NCBI GenBank assembly: GCA_017999985.1
Contig: JAGNKU010000001.1
Span: forward strand, 237,276 to 301,275
Reading direction: 5' to 3'
Length of the DNA: 64,000 bases
From: Phycisphaerae bacterium
Lineage (GTDB): Bacteria > Planctomycetota > Phycisphaerae > UBA1845 > Fen-1342
In this document: positions 1-8,815 of the stretch, piece after piece
Layout: each line of letters begins with the position of its first letter
Position numbering within the stretch: position 1 is the stretch's first letter
Program-made: the position numbers and the translations under genes
Notes under the pieces: model-generated
Seen by the model: the letters and a program-made list of their open reading frames with translations, nothing else
Told to the model about the DNA's origin: nothing
Database searches by the model: none

Positions 1-2401
1 GCGGCTCACTGCTGTCCGCGAACGCGCGCTGAATGCGCACGTCAACGCTGGGCGTGTCCGCGCCGCCCTTGCCGTCCAGCACGAAGTAGTAATTGCCGCT
101 CAGGTGCCCGACGATCAGCTTCGTGTCGCTCGTGAACAGCACCCGCCCGGACTCGTACCAGGCGAACAGCTTCTCCTGCGTGTCGAGGATCATCACGCTG
201 AAGCCGTAGTCCAGCCCGGCGGGGTTGGTACCGCTCAGCGGGTTCAAGCCCTCCGCGGCGTACGTGCGGCGGTATCCCGGCACACTCATGAGGGTCAGGT
301 AGATGCGGTCCCCGACGTCGAGCTCGCCCAGATCGAAGATCTGCCGGTCCGAGCCCGCCGGCACAACCACGCTGGCCACCTCCTGCGTCACGCCCGTCGT
401 CGCATCCGTGACGCTGCGCAGCGGGATTACCGGCGTAGTCGGCCCGATCGTGCTCGTGTACTCCGGGATCACGTGGACCCGCGTGCGGGAATAGGTGCGG
501 ACGGGGGTCGTGCGGTCGGTGGCGATCTCGACCCACAGGTAATACAGCCGCCCTTCCGCCCCGGTCGGCACACGCCGCAGATCCAGCCCGGTCGGCAGTG
601 TCAGATTGAGATCGTTCCCGGTGCGCGGGTTGGTATCAAGCGGAAAATCGTTCTTCGCGGCCACGCCCAGCAGCAGCGTGCTGCCGTCCGGGGCGTAGGC
701 GACAGCGGTGATCGGCGACGCGCAGGGCTTCAAAGCCGGCGCCGCCTCGCCCGTTGCCAGGTCCCAGATCAGGGCCGTGCGATCGTCGCTGCCGCTGAGC
801 AACGCCTTGCCGTCGGGCGCGAACGCCACCGCCCGGACCGCGTCCGTGTGGCCGCTGAGCGTGGCGGTCTCGCTGCCCAGCGCCACGTCCCACAGCTTCA
901 CCTTCTTGTCGGCACTACCCGTCGCGATCACCGTGCCCGCAGGCGCGAACGCCACGGAAGTGACGGCGTCACTGTGCCCGGAGATCAGCACCCCGTTGCT
1001 GAACACCGGGGCGAATTCCTGCAGCTGATTGCCATTCACCGTGCTCCACAGCCGCGCCGTCGCGTCCGCGCTGCCGGTGAGCACCCGCTGCGGGTCCACC
1101 GGCGAGAACGCGACCGACGTCACCGGCGATCCGGCGTGGTCCAGTTGCAGCGCCTGCGTGGCATCGGCCGCGTTCCAGAGGATCGCGCTGCCGCTGTCGT
1201 CGCCGGCGAGCATCTGCGTGCCGTCCGCCGAGAACGCCACCGCGTTCACCGCCCCCACATGCCCGACAAATGGGCGGATCACGTCGTTCGAGTTCGTCTC
1301 GCGGAGCACCAGCGTCCCATCGCTGTACCCCACCGCGAACGTGGCCGCGTCGGGCGCGAAAGCCAGCGAACGCACACCCGCGCCGGTCCCGCCATAGCGC
1401 CGCAACAGCACGCCGCTGATCGTGTCATACAGCCGCACCACGCCGTCATCGCCGCCCACCAGCGCGCGGGTGCTGCCGGCGACGGGTGCGTAGACCGCGG
1501 CCCGCACGGCGCCCTGCTCCGCCTCCGGGTCCGTGGTCGGGTCGACGAGGCTCGCCAGCTCAGCCCGCGAATCGGCGGTGTACAGCACAACCTGCGCGGA
1601 GCAGGCGTCCCGGTCGCCATCCAGCCCGGCGCGCAGCGTGTACGGCACGCCCGGGGTGACCGAGTAGGCTGCATGCACCCAGAGCAGCGCGCTCGGCGAA
1701 CACACGAGGTTGGCGATGTCCGCCGGCGGCGCGCGGAAGCTGATCGTCGGGCGCGGGATGCCGACTTCGATGATTTTGTCGGCGCTGCCGGTCACGCCCA
1801 CGGCGTCCGTCACGGTCAATCGCACACGATAGGTGCCCGCGGTCGCGAAGGTGTGCGACACCGAGGCCAGCAGTTCCCGCGAGCCGTCGCCGAAGTCCCA
1901 ACGATAGAGCAGCGTCTCCCCCTCGGCCGCATCGGGGTCGAACGAGGCCGAACCGTCGAACTCAAACGTCGCCGGGGCCGTCTCGGCCGTCGTCCGGTCC
2001 ACCGCGATGATGGCGATCGGCCGTTCGGTCACGCTGATCACGATCGTCGTGGATGATGTCGCCCCGCGATCATCCGTGAGCGTCAACCGCACCGTGAAGA
2101 TCCCGTTGCTCTGGAAGGTGTAGGTCGGGGAGATCTCCTGGCTGGTGCCGACGCCGTCGCCGAAGTCCCACTCCCGGCGGACGATGACGCCGTCGTCGGA
2201 ACTGCCCGACGAGCTAAAGTAGACCTTCAGGGGCGCCACGCCCCGTTGCACGTCGCTCGTCAACACCGCCGTCGGCGGCAGGTTGAAAAGCGGAGATCCA
2301 CCGCCACCCGTCCCATCGCTCAAGCACCCGGACGGGGTTGTCTGCATCAGGAGCAAGGGAGCTGCCAGCCCGAATAGAGTAATTGAGCGCGGCCGTCGCA
2401 T
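1..2401 (-). CDS. Large secreted protein with a PKD domain and WD40 beta-propeller repeats. The start is in the window at 2401; the distal end is cut by the window edge
   Basis: I translated the minus strand by hand because the ORF track omits it (no stop inside the window). It starts MRRPRSITLFGLAAPLLLMQTT (signal peptide) and has a GAGGAG RBS 6 nt upstream of ATG at 2401..2399. A PKD-like segment reads VYFSSSGSSDDGVIVRREWDFGDGVGTSQEISPTYTF and WDFGDGSRELLASVSHTFATAGTYRVRLTVTD. WD40-type repeats include GHVGAVNAVAFSADGTQMLAGDDSGSAILWN, GHSDAVTSVAFAPAGTVIATGSADKKVKLWD and GHTDAVRAVAFAPDGKALLSGSDDRTALIWD. The plus-strand ORF 104..2056 is its antisense. Confidence 0.8.
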   Translation of the reverse strand, partial: MRRPRSITLFGLAAPLLLMQTTPSGCLSDGTGGGGSPLFNLPPTAVLTSDVQRGVAPLKVYFSSSGSSDDGVIVRREWDFGDGVGTSQEISPTYTFQSNGIFTVRLTLTDDRGATSSTTIVISVTERPIAIIAVDRTTAETAPATFEFDGSASFDPDAAEGETLLYRWDFGDGSRELLASVSHTFATAGTYRVRLTVTDAVGVTGSADKIIEVGIPRPTISFRAPPADIANLVCSPSALLWVHAAYSVTPGVPYTLRAGLDGDRDACSAQVVLYTADSRAELASLVDPTTDPEAEQGAVRAAVYAPVAGSTRALVGGDDGVVRLYDTISGVLLRRYGGTGAGVRSLAFAPDAATFAVGYSDGTLVLRETNSNDVIRPFVGHVGAVNAVAFSADGTQMLAGDDSGSAILWNAADATQALQLDHAGSPVTSVAFSPVDPQRVLTGSADATARLWSTVNGNQLQEFAPVFSNGVLISGHSDAVTSVAFAPAGTVIATGSADKKVKLWDVALGSETATLSGHTDAVRAVAFAPDGKALLSGSDDRTALIWDLATGEAAPALKPCASPITAVAYAPDGSTLLLGVAAKNDFPLDTNPRTGNDLNLTLPTGLDLRRVPTGAEGRLYYLWVEIATDRTTPVRTYSRTRVHVIPEYTSTIGPTTPVIPLRSVTDATTGVTQEVASVVVPAGSDRQIFDLGELDVGDRIYLTLMSVPGYRRTYAAEGLNPLSGTNPAGLDYGFSVMILDTQEKLFAWYESGRVLFTSDTKLIVGHLSGNYYFVLDGKGGADTPSVDVRIQRAFADSSEP

Positions 2402-2468
2402 GCGGAACTCCTCTGCAAATCACAATTCACTGCCTGTTCGTTCGTAGTATGGGGCCCTCAAGGAGTCG

Positions 2469-2497
2469 TATCAAGAGCCCGCCCGGGCGGGTATAAT
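2469..2497 (+). promoter_or_regulatory. Candidate sigma70-type promoter with a perfect TATAAT -10 upstream of the CAP-domain gene
   Basis: TATAAT at 2492..2497 and a weak -35 (tatcaa) 17 nt upstream. A perfect -10 is conspicuous in this high-GC context, and the GGAG RBS and start codon follow within ~45 nt. Confidence 0.3.
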
Positions 2498-2541
2498 GGA
2501 GATGACCGCCCGTTTCAGGTCGGCCGGAGTGGAGATTGCCC

Positions 2542-3270
2542 GTGCGTTACCGTTTGTGCCTGTGCCTGCTCGGCGTCGCGAGCTGGGCGCTGCTGATGGG
2601 CGGCTGCCCGCGGCAGCCAGAGGAAGAGTCCGATACGGAGCCCACGCGTCCGGGCCGGGGCTCCACTACCGGCACCGGGCTGACACCCACCGGGACCGGG
2701 GGCTCCGGCGACGCCGGGACCGGGTCGTCCACCGTGGTTGTCGGGGGTGACACCGGCTCCGCAACGAGCACGCCGGATGCCCTGTCGGTCGAGTTTCCCG
2801 GCTGCACGGAGCCCGCCGAGGGCGCGTTCTGGCGATCGGAGGTCCTGCGGCTGGTCAATCAGGAGCGCGTTCGGCAGGGCCTGAATGCCGTCACCCTCAG
2901 CAGCACGCTCGAGGCCCAAGCCACGCAGTATGCGTGCGAAATGATCCACTACGACTTCTTCGGCCACGAGAACGACACGACCGGGTCGACACTCACCGAT
3001 CGGGCCGCCGAGTTCGGGTACGATTACTGGATCATCGGGGAGAATCTCGCCGCCGGGCAGCCCTCGCCCGCCCAGGCCGTTGCCGACTGGTTGGCCAGCC
3101 CGTGTCATCGAGAGAACATTCTCAATCCGGCGTTCACCGAGCTCGGGGTGGGCGTGCGGGCCGGCGGCGACTACGGCATCTACTGGGTGCAGGAATTCGG
3201 TCGCCCGTTCACCGCGGATCCCTACGCCGGCGAGCCCTACCACGATCCTGAGTGCGATCACGACGACTAG
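2542..3270 (+). CDS. CAP (SCP / PR-1-like) domain lipoprotein
   Basis: Signal peptide with lipobox (VRYRLCLCLLGVASWALLMGGC), a Thr/Gly-rich linker, then a CAP-domain core (GHENDTTGSTLTDRAAEFGYDYWIIGENLAAG...WLASPCHRENILNPAFTELGVGV). The start could be TTG 2536 or GTG 2542; an RBS (tggag) precedes 2542. Confidence 0.85.
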   Translation: MRYRLCLCLLGVASWALLMGGCPRQPEEESDTEPTRPGRGSTTGTGLTPTGTGGSGDAGTGSSTVVVGGDTGSATSTPDALSVEFPGCTEPAEGAFWRSEVLRLVNQERVRQGLNAVTLSSTLEAQATQYACEMIHYDFFGHENDTTGSTLTDRAAEFGYDYWIIGENLAAGQPSPAQAVADWLASPCHRENILNPAFTELGVGVRAGGDYGIYWVQEFGRPFTADPYAGEPYHDPECDHDD

Positions 3271-3555
3271 CGATTATCGGACACCTCGTGTCATCATGCA
3301 CCCGGGTGGCATAATCCCGCGTGTTCCACCCCTTCGCCGCGACTCGGCGCGGAACCAGTTGATCGCTCGCCGCCGCCCCCCCTATGAATGAGTGCGGACC
3401 CCACGCTCCCGCGTGTCGCCCGCAGCCCGAGGAGGCGGAAGAGATGTTCTTCATTTGGACACCCCAGAGAATCCGCATCGCGGTCTACTTCGTGGCCGCG
3501 TATCTTGCTCTGTGCTAGCCGGGCGTCGCCCGCGCTATCGCACGGAGACCTGCCG

Positions 3556-3975
3556 GTGCGGTCGCTGCAACATGCCGATCTGACGCCGTGGCTGGAGGTG
3601 CGCTTCGACCCCGCGCGCGGCCCCGGGGGCCAGCACGTGAACAAGGTCAGCACGCGCGCCACGCTGTGTTTTGATTTTCGCGCTTGCCCACTGCTCTCGC
3701 AGGCGCAGCGGGCGCGCATCGCGCAGCGCTGTGCCGCGCGCCTGACCCGCGATGGCCGCCTGCGGGTCGTCGCTCAACAGCAGCGCACCCAGTCCGCCAA
3801 TCGCGCGCTGGCCGAGACACGCTTGCGGGAGCTGCTTGCCCAGGCCCTGCATGTGGCGCCGCCGCGCGTCCCGACCCGCCCCAGCCGCGGCGCCCAGCAG
3901 CGCCGCGTCACCACCAAGAAACGCCGCGGCGAAACCAAGCGGCAGCGCCGCGCGCCCGGCCCCGGCGACGATTAG
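3556..3975 (+). CDS. arfB: Alternative ribosome-rescue factor ArfB (peptidyl-tRNA hydrolase, class I release-factor GGQ domain)
   Basis: GGQ motif in RGPGGQHVNKVSTRA, a basic C-terminal tail (TTKKRRGETKRQRR) and ~139 aa from GTG 3556 fit ArfB/YaeJ. The open frame extends upstream to 3388 with an Arg-rich stretch that looks non-native, so the start is uncertain. Confidence 0.7.
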   Translation: MRSLQHADLTPWLEVRFDPARGPGGQHVNKVSTRATLCFDFRACPLLSQAQRARIAQRCAARLTRDGRLRVVAQQQRTQSANRALAETRLRELLAQALHVAPPRVPTRPSRGAQQRRVTTKKRRGETKRQRRAPGPGDD

Positions 3976-5069
3976 CGCGCGGGCGTGTGTCGGAGGACGC
4001 CCTGATAGACCTTGAGCACGGCCTGCACCGTGGCCTGCGGATCGAGGTGCGCGCGGGCCCAGTCGGCCGCACTCTGCCCCAGCGCGCGCCGCGCCGGCTC
4101 ATCCGCCCGCAGCTTCAGCAGGGCCGCCACGTAATCCTGCGCCGCGCTGCCCCGCACGAGCACGATGTGCCCATGCGCACCCGCGAGTTCCCGCAGCGCC
4201 GGGATGTCGCTGGCCACCACCGGCACGCCACAGGCCAGCGCTTCGAGCACGGCGTTGGGCATGCCCTCCGTGCGCGAGGGGCACAGGAAGGCGTCGGCCG
4301 CCGACAGGACCGCCCCGATGTCCGCCTGCCAGCCGAGCAAATGTACGACGCGCGCCGCGCTGCTCAAGCGCAGCGACCGCTCCAGGTTTGCGCGCTCCGG
4401 GCCCTCCCCCGCCAGCAGGAACCGCACGGGCACGGTCGTCATGATCTCGGCACAGGAGACGATCAGACCCAAGCGCTTCACCGGGTCGAGCCGGCCCACC
4501 CACGCGACCACGAACTCGTGCGCCGGGATGCCCAGTGCCGCGCGCGCCGCGGCCCGCTCCACGCGCCGCGGCCATGGGTCCAGCGACGGCGGCACAATGT
4601 GCACGCGTCGCCGCGGCACGCCGAACACGCGGATCACATGTTCCGCGACGGCGTGACTGTTGACGATGTGCGCGCGGTCGAGGCCGGCGGTGGCGCGTTC
4701 CAGCGCCCGGTGCCAGGGGCGCTCGACCTCGATCGTCGCGGTGGCGCCGACGACCGGGATGTGCTGCACGCCGCCGACGATGCGCGCCGCGACGTTGGCG
4801 TGCAGCAGCGTCGCGTGAATCAGGTCGGGTTGCACGCGGCGCATGTGCTGCGACAGACGCTTGAGCGCCAGGAAGTCACGCGCATCTTCCGCGTCGCAGG
4901 CAAACGTCGCCAGCCCGGCCGCTGTCAGCTCGCTGCTGAGCGGCCCGCGCGGGGCAAGGCAACCGGCGTGCACCTCGACCCCCGCGGCCGACAACCCGCG
5001 CGCCAGCCGCACCAGGCGCAGCGGCGTGCCGCCGCGCTCGAGGTCGGTCACCAGCAACGCCACGCGCAT
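3972..5069 (-). CDS. Glycosyltransferase family 4 (GT-B, RfaG-like)
   Basis: Start MRVALLVTDLERGGTP; the C-terminal half has the GT4 hallmark (PSRTEGMPNAVLEALACGVPVVASDIPALRE). The ORF continues upstream to 5174, but ATG 5069 gives the typical GT4 N-terminus. Confidence 0.85.
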   Translation of the reverse strand: MRVALLVTDLERGGTPLRLVRLARGLSAAGVEVHAGCLAPRGPLSSELTAAGLATFACDAEDARDFLALKRLSQHMRRVQPDLIHATLLHANVAARIVGGVQHIPVVGATATIEVERPWHRALERATAGLDRAHIVNSHAVAEHVIRVFGVPRRRVHIVPPSLDPWPRRVERAAARAALGIPAHEFVVAWVGRLDPVKRLGLIVSCAEIMTTVPVRFLLAGEGPERANLERSLRLSSAARVVHLLGWQADIGAVLSAADAFLCPSRTEGMPNAVLEALACGVPVVASDIPALRELAGAHGHIVLVRGSAAQDYVAALLKLRADEPARRALGQSAADWARAHLDPQATVQAVLKVYQGVLRHTPAR

Positions 5070-5342
5070 CAGGCCGGCCCCCTGTGGCGCGCGCCGCCGC
5101 CGGCCTCTTGGCAGGCTTGACGCCGCGAATACCATTTCCAGGAGAGAACGGTGCGGCGCGTGGCGCTGGGCCACGCGAGGAGGTGGTGCATGCTCGATCT
5201 GAACGGCAGTTTCAGCGACTTCATGTCATCCCTGTTCGGGTTTCTGAGCGAGTTGCTGACCGGAATTTTCAGCTTCCTGTCCGACTTCTTCAGCGGTCTG
5301 CACGTCAACATCACGTAAGCGCGATCGACGGCCGAGACCGGC

Positions 5343-6263
5343 TCAGCGGAACCCAATCTGCGGGCGGCACGCGTCGGCCAGTGCCGCCGGCAGAGCGTCA
5401 GCAACCTCGCGCGCCAGGTAACCCACCGGCGCGATGTCCCGCGCGCAGCGGTCCGCCGCCAGCCCGTGGCAATACACGCCCAGCCGGGCCGCGGCGAACG
5501 CATCCAGCCCTTGGGCGAGCAGGGCGGCGAGCAGGCCGGTGAGCACGTCGCCCATGCCACCGCTGGCCATCCCGGGATTGCCCGTTGCATTCACGTACGT
5601 GGCGTCGGGCGTGCTGACCACCGTCCGGTGACCCTTCAGGACAACGGTGACCCCCGCCCGCACCGCGCACTCGTGCGCCGCCGCCAGACGCGTGTTGTCA
5701 TCCGCGCCACGACATTGCGGCAGCCCCAGCCCGACCCGCAGCCGCGCCATCTCTCCCGGGTGCGGCGTGATGACGGTGGCACGCGCGGCACGCGGCTGCC
5801 AGACGGCAGCCCCCCGCGCCGCAATGTTGTTCAGCCCGTCGGCATCCACCACCACGGGTCCGGCGAACGATACGAGCAGCGCCGCGACCAGTGCAGCCAC
5901 CGCGTCGCTCTGCCCCAGTCCCGGACCGATTGCCAGCACGTGCGCCCAGTCGAGATTCAGTTCGACCTTGGCCGGATCGAGCGCGATCCGGCCGTCCGCA
6001 TCTTCGGGCAGCGGGACCGTCATGAGGCACGGCTCGGCCACCGCCACAATGGGCTGCACCGACGCCGCGCAGTATACGCGGACCAGCCCAGCCCCGCCGC
6101 GCAGCGCTCCCAGCCCGCTGAGGACAGCGGCGCCGCTGAGTCCGCGGCTGCCGGCGAAAATGGCTACGTGCCCGGCTTGCCCCTTGTGCAGGTCCGGCGG
6201 GCGCGGTGCGCGCCGTGGCAGCGCGGTGGTGGGCGCGGGGACTTCAGGCTTCGGCGTCGTCAT
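5343..6263 (-). CDS. nnrD: ADP-dependent (S)-NAD(P)H-hydrate dehydratase (YjeF C-terminal domain family)
   Basis: HKGQAGHVAIFAGSRGLSGAAVL, GPGLGQSDAV and VLKGHRTVVSTPDATYVNATGNPGMASGGMGDVLTG are carbohydrate-kinase-like YjeF_C signatures. Confidence 0.85.
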   Translation of the reverse strand: MTTPKPEVPAPTTALPRRAPRPPDLHKGQAGHVAIFAGSRGLSGAAVLSGLGALRGGAGLVRVYCAASVQPIVAVAEPCLMTVPLPEDADGRIALDPAKVELNLDWAHVLAIGPGLGQSDAVAALVAALLVSFAGPVVVDADGLNNIAARGAAVWQPRAARATVITPHPGEMARLRVGLGLPQCRGADDNTRLAAAHECAVRAGVTVVLKGHRTVVSTPDATYVNATGNPGMASGGMGDVLTGLLAALLAQGLDAFAAARLGVYCHGLAADRCARDIAPVGYLAREVADALPAALADACRPQIGFR

Positions 6264-7122
6264 GCGCGGTTGGGGCCTCCGGAGGGCGTGGCGCGGCCGC
6301 CAGGCGATTGATCAGCGCGGCCTGGTAGCCGGCGCCAAATCCGTTGTCGATGTTCACGACGGACACGCCCGCCGCGCAGCTGTTCAGCATCGTCAGCAGG
6401 GCCGCGAGCCCGTGAAAGCTGGCGCCATAGCCGACGCTGGTCGGCACGGCGATGACGGGCGCCTGGACGAGGCCACCGACCACGCTCGGCAGCGCGCCCT
6501 CCATGCCGGCGACGACCACGACGACCGTCGCCGCGCGCAGTTCCGCCGAGCGCGCCAGCAGACGATGCAGACCGGCCACCCCCACGTCGTACAGCGTCTG
6601 CGTCGGCTGGTCCATCATCTCGGCGGTGATGCGGGCCTCCTCCGCGACGGGCAGATCGCTGCTGCCGGCGCAGACGATGGCGATGCGGCCCGGTCCGGGC
6701 GCGCCGTGTTGCTGGCGCAGCGCGAGCGTGCGGGACAACGTGTTGTAGACCGCGGCGGAGAACCGCTCGCAAACGGGCTGGGCAGCTTGCGGACTGACGC
6801 GCGTCGCCAGCACGTTGCCGCCCATCGCCGCCAGCTTCGCGAAGATGGTCTCCACCTGCTCGGGCGTCTTGCCCTGACCGAAGATGACTTCGGGGAAGCC
6901 GCAGCGCAGCGCGCGGTGGTGGTCGACGCAGGCAAAGCCCAGCGATTCGAACGGCAGGGTCTCCAGCCGGCGCAGCACCGCGGCCGCCGTCGTGCGCCCG
7001 GCGGCCAAATCCTCGAGCAGCTCTCGCAACACCTGTGGGCTCAGGGGCGGGCCTCCAGCCCGGCTGGTCGGATCCAGCCATCCGTCATGCGCCGCCGCAA
7101 CTCGCTTCGGACCGGCGGGCAC
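6244..7122 (-). CDS. larB: LarB, nickel-pincer cofactor biosynthesis carboxylase/hydrolase (PurE-like)
   Basis: LETLPFESLGFACVDHHRALRCGFPEVIFGQGKTPEQ, RIAIVCAGSSDLPVAEEARITAEMMDQPTQTLYDVGVAGLHRL, VVVAGMEGALPSVVGGLVQAPVIAVPTSVGYGASFHGLAALLTMLNSCAAGVSVVNIDNGFGAG match LarB. The ORF runs to 7584, but its N-terminal part is antisense of groES. A GTG at 7122 is my best guess for the start. Confidence 0.75.
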   Translation of the reverse strand: MPAGPKRVAAAHDGWLDPTSRAGGPPLSPQVLRELLEDLAAGRTTAAAVLRRLETLPFESLGFACVDHHRALRCGFPEVIFGQGKTPEQVETIFAKLAAMGGNVLATRVSPQAAQPVCERFSAAVYNTLSRTLALRQQHGAPGPGRIAIVCAGSSDLPVAEEARITAEMMDQPTQTLYDVGVAGLHRLLARSAELRAATVVVVVAGMEGALPSVVGGLVQAPVIAVPTSVGYGASFHGLAALLTMLNSCAAGVSVVNIDNGFGAGYQAALINRLAAAPRPPEAPTAHDDAEA

Positions 7123-7164
7123 CGTAGTATACGTTTGCTGGCGATCGACGACGAGAGGAGCAGT

Positions 7165-7485
7165 ATGAACCAGGCCGCCAACAGCAAGCCGCAGATCGAA
7201 ACGGTCGAGCCACTCGGCAAGCGGGTCTTGATCCGCAAGGACGAGGACAAGAAGACGACCAAGGGCGGCATTCAGCTCCCGGGCAACATCGAGATCCCGA
7301 CCATCACCGGTCGCGTTGTAGCGGTATCGGCCCAAATCGGGCGCGACGAGGATTACCCGCTGGCGCAATACGACAAGGTGCTGTTCAACCCCAAGAACGC
7401 GATCCCGGTGGATTTCGAAGGCGACAATCGGCTGTTCGTGGTGCCGGTCGAGGACATCGTGGCGGTTTTTCGCCGCGGAAAGTGA
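7165..7485 (+). CDS. groES: Co-chaperonin GroES (10 kDa chaperonin)
   Basis: MNQAANSKPQIETVEPLGKRVLIRKDEDKKTTKGGIQLPGN...GRVVAVSAQ...DKVLFNPKNAIPVDFEGDNRLFVVPVEDIVAV; a GAGAGGAG RBS precedes the ATG. It is the final 107 aa of the long track ORF 5647..7485. Confidence 0.9.
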   Translation: MNQAANSKPQIETVEPLGKRVLIRKDEDKKTTKGGIQLPGNIEIPTITGRVVAVSAQIGRDEDYPLAQYDKVLFNPKNAIPVDFEGDNRLFVVPVEDIVAVFRRGK

Positions 7486-7668
7486 GCGCCTGGCACGCGT
7501 TCCGGGTCGCGGAGTTTTTTCCCGTCCCCCCGGGCGGGGTGACCACCCCACGGCTAGAATACCCGGTTGCGAATGGGGAGGCATATGCGCCGTGTGCGGC
7601 GCGTGTTATGATCTGGCAACAACTGGCCGCTATGGCGCCAGGTCATCTGGTTGTTGAGGGCACGCCGC

Positions 7669-8787
7669 GTGCTGACGGAGAAATCGAACGTCTTCGTGAC
7701 CGGCGCTACCGGGCTGATCGGTGGCGAGCTGGTGCGGACCTTGGTCACGGAGCCGATCGGCAAAGTCTGGGCCCTGGTGCGCGTGCGCCAGGATGCCTCG
7801 CCTGAGCATCGGCTGGCCCACCGGCTGCGGCGTTCGAGTGGCCCGCCGCCCGGCGTGGCTGTGCGCATGCGCGCGGTGGCCGGCGACGTCAGCGTCCCGC
7901 GGCTCGGGCTCAGCGACGCGGACTATGACGAAGTGCGCCGCGAGGCCGACATCATTATCCACAGCGCGGCCGAGACGTCGTTCATCCGCGCCGCGGACTG
8001 CCAGCGCACCAACATCGCCGGCGCGCAAAACCTGATTGAATTCACGCGCTCCTGCCAGCGCCACCCGTTGCTGGTCTGCCTGAGCACGGCGTACGTGAGC
8101 GGCGTCATCGCCAACGCGTGCATCTCGGAAGAAGACAGTTGCCGGCCGGACAGCGCGCACCACAACGAGTACACGCGCTCGAAGGCGGTGGCTGAGGAGC
8201 TGGTGCGCACCAGCGGCCTGCCCGTGCTGCTCACCCGGCCGTCGATCGTGCTCAGCGCCGGCGTGCCCGATGCGGCCTTCGCGAAAGCCATCCTGGGTTT
8301 CGTCCCCGCGCTGAACGAACTGGACGCGGTGCCGGTCAACCCCGCCGCCCGAGCCGACACGGTGCCGGTGCAGTTCGTGGTGGACAGTATCATCCGCCTG
8401 CTGCAACGGCCGCGGCTGCGGTACGACTGCTACCATATCTCGGCCGGCAACGCGAACGCGGACAACTACGGCCAGTTGGCGCGGGTCCTCGACACCTATT
8501 ATGAGCGGAGCACGCCGCTGCGGCTGATCGCTCCGTCACAGTGGACGCGCGAGGTGCACCGCCAGTACATCCACCTGCCCGAGCAGCGCCGGATCTTTGC
8601 CGCGCTGCGAAACTACCTGCCGTTCCTGAACATGAACGTGCTGTACGACAATTCGCGGCTGCGCGACGAGCTGGGTGCCGATTTTCCCCCGCTGCCGCCG
8701 CTGACGGCCTACCTCGGCGAGCTACTGCACCTGATGGCCGCGCATCATCATGGCCCGCGCCGCGCAGTGCGCGCGGCCCGCGGCTGA
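7669..8787 (+). CDS. NAD-dependent epimerase/dehydratase-family protein resembling fatty-acyl reductase / thioester-reductase (extended SDR)
   Basis: VFVTGATGLIGGELVRTL is a Rossmann GxxGxxG, YTRSK is the catalytic YxxxK, and the overall layout matches the male-sterility/thioester-reductase family. GTG 7669 is my chosen start; the track begins at TTG 7651. Confidence 0.75.
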   Translation: MLTEKSNVFVTGATGLIGGELVRTLVTEPIGKVWALVRVRQDASPEHRLAHRLRRSSGPPPGVAVRMRAVAGDVSVPRLGLSDADYDEVRREADIIIHSAAETSFIRAADCQRTNIAGAQNLIEFTRSCQRHPLLVCLSTAYVSGVIANACISEEDSCRPDSAHHNEYTRSKAVAEELVRTSGLPVLLTRPSIVLSAGVPDAAFAKAILGFVPALNELDAVPVNPAARADTVPVQFVVDSIIRLLQRPRLRYDCYHISAGNANADNYGQLARVLDTYYERSTPLRLIAPSQWTREVHRQYIHLPEQRRIFAALRNYLPFLNMNVLYDNSRLRDELGADFPPLPPLTAYLGELLHLMAAHHHGPRRAVRAARG

Positions 8788-8815
8788 CGCGCGTCTCCCG
8801 GCCGCCGTAACCAAC

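Noticed and set aside
104-2056. 650-aa plus-strand ORF
   Set aside because: The translation is Arg/Gly/Asp-rich and low complexity with no motifs. It is the antisense frame of the PKD/WD40 gene, which gives a clean domain-rich translation on the minus strand.
5647-7485. 612-aa plus-strand ORF
   Set aside because: Only the last 107 aa (GroES) are real. The upstream 500 aa are antisense of nnrD/larB and Ala/Ser/Arg-rich.
7486-7560. Possible groES terminator (T6 run after a weak hairpin)
   Set aside because: The stem upstream of the TTTTTT is only 4-5 bp with mismatches, so it is not convincing.
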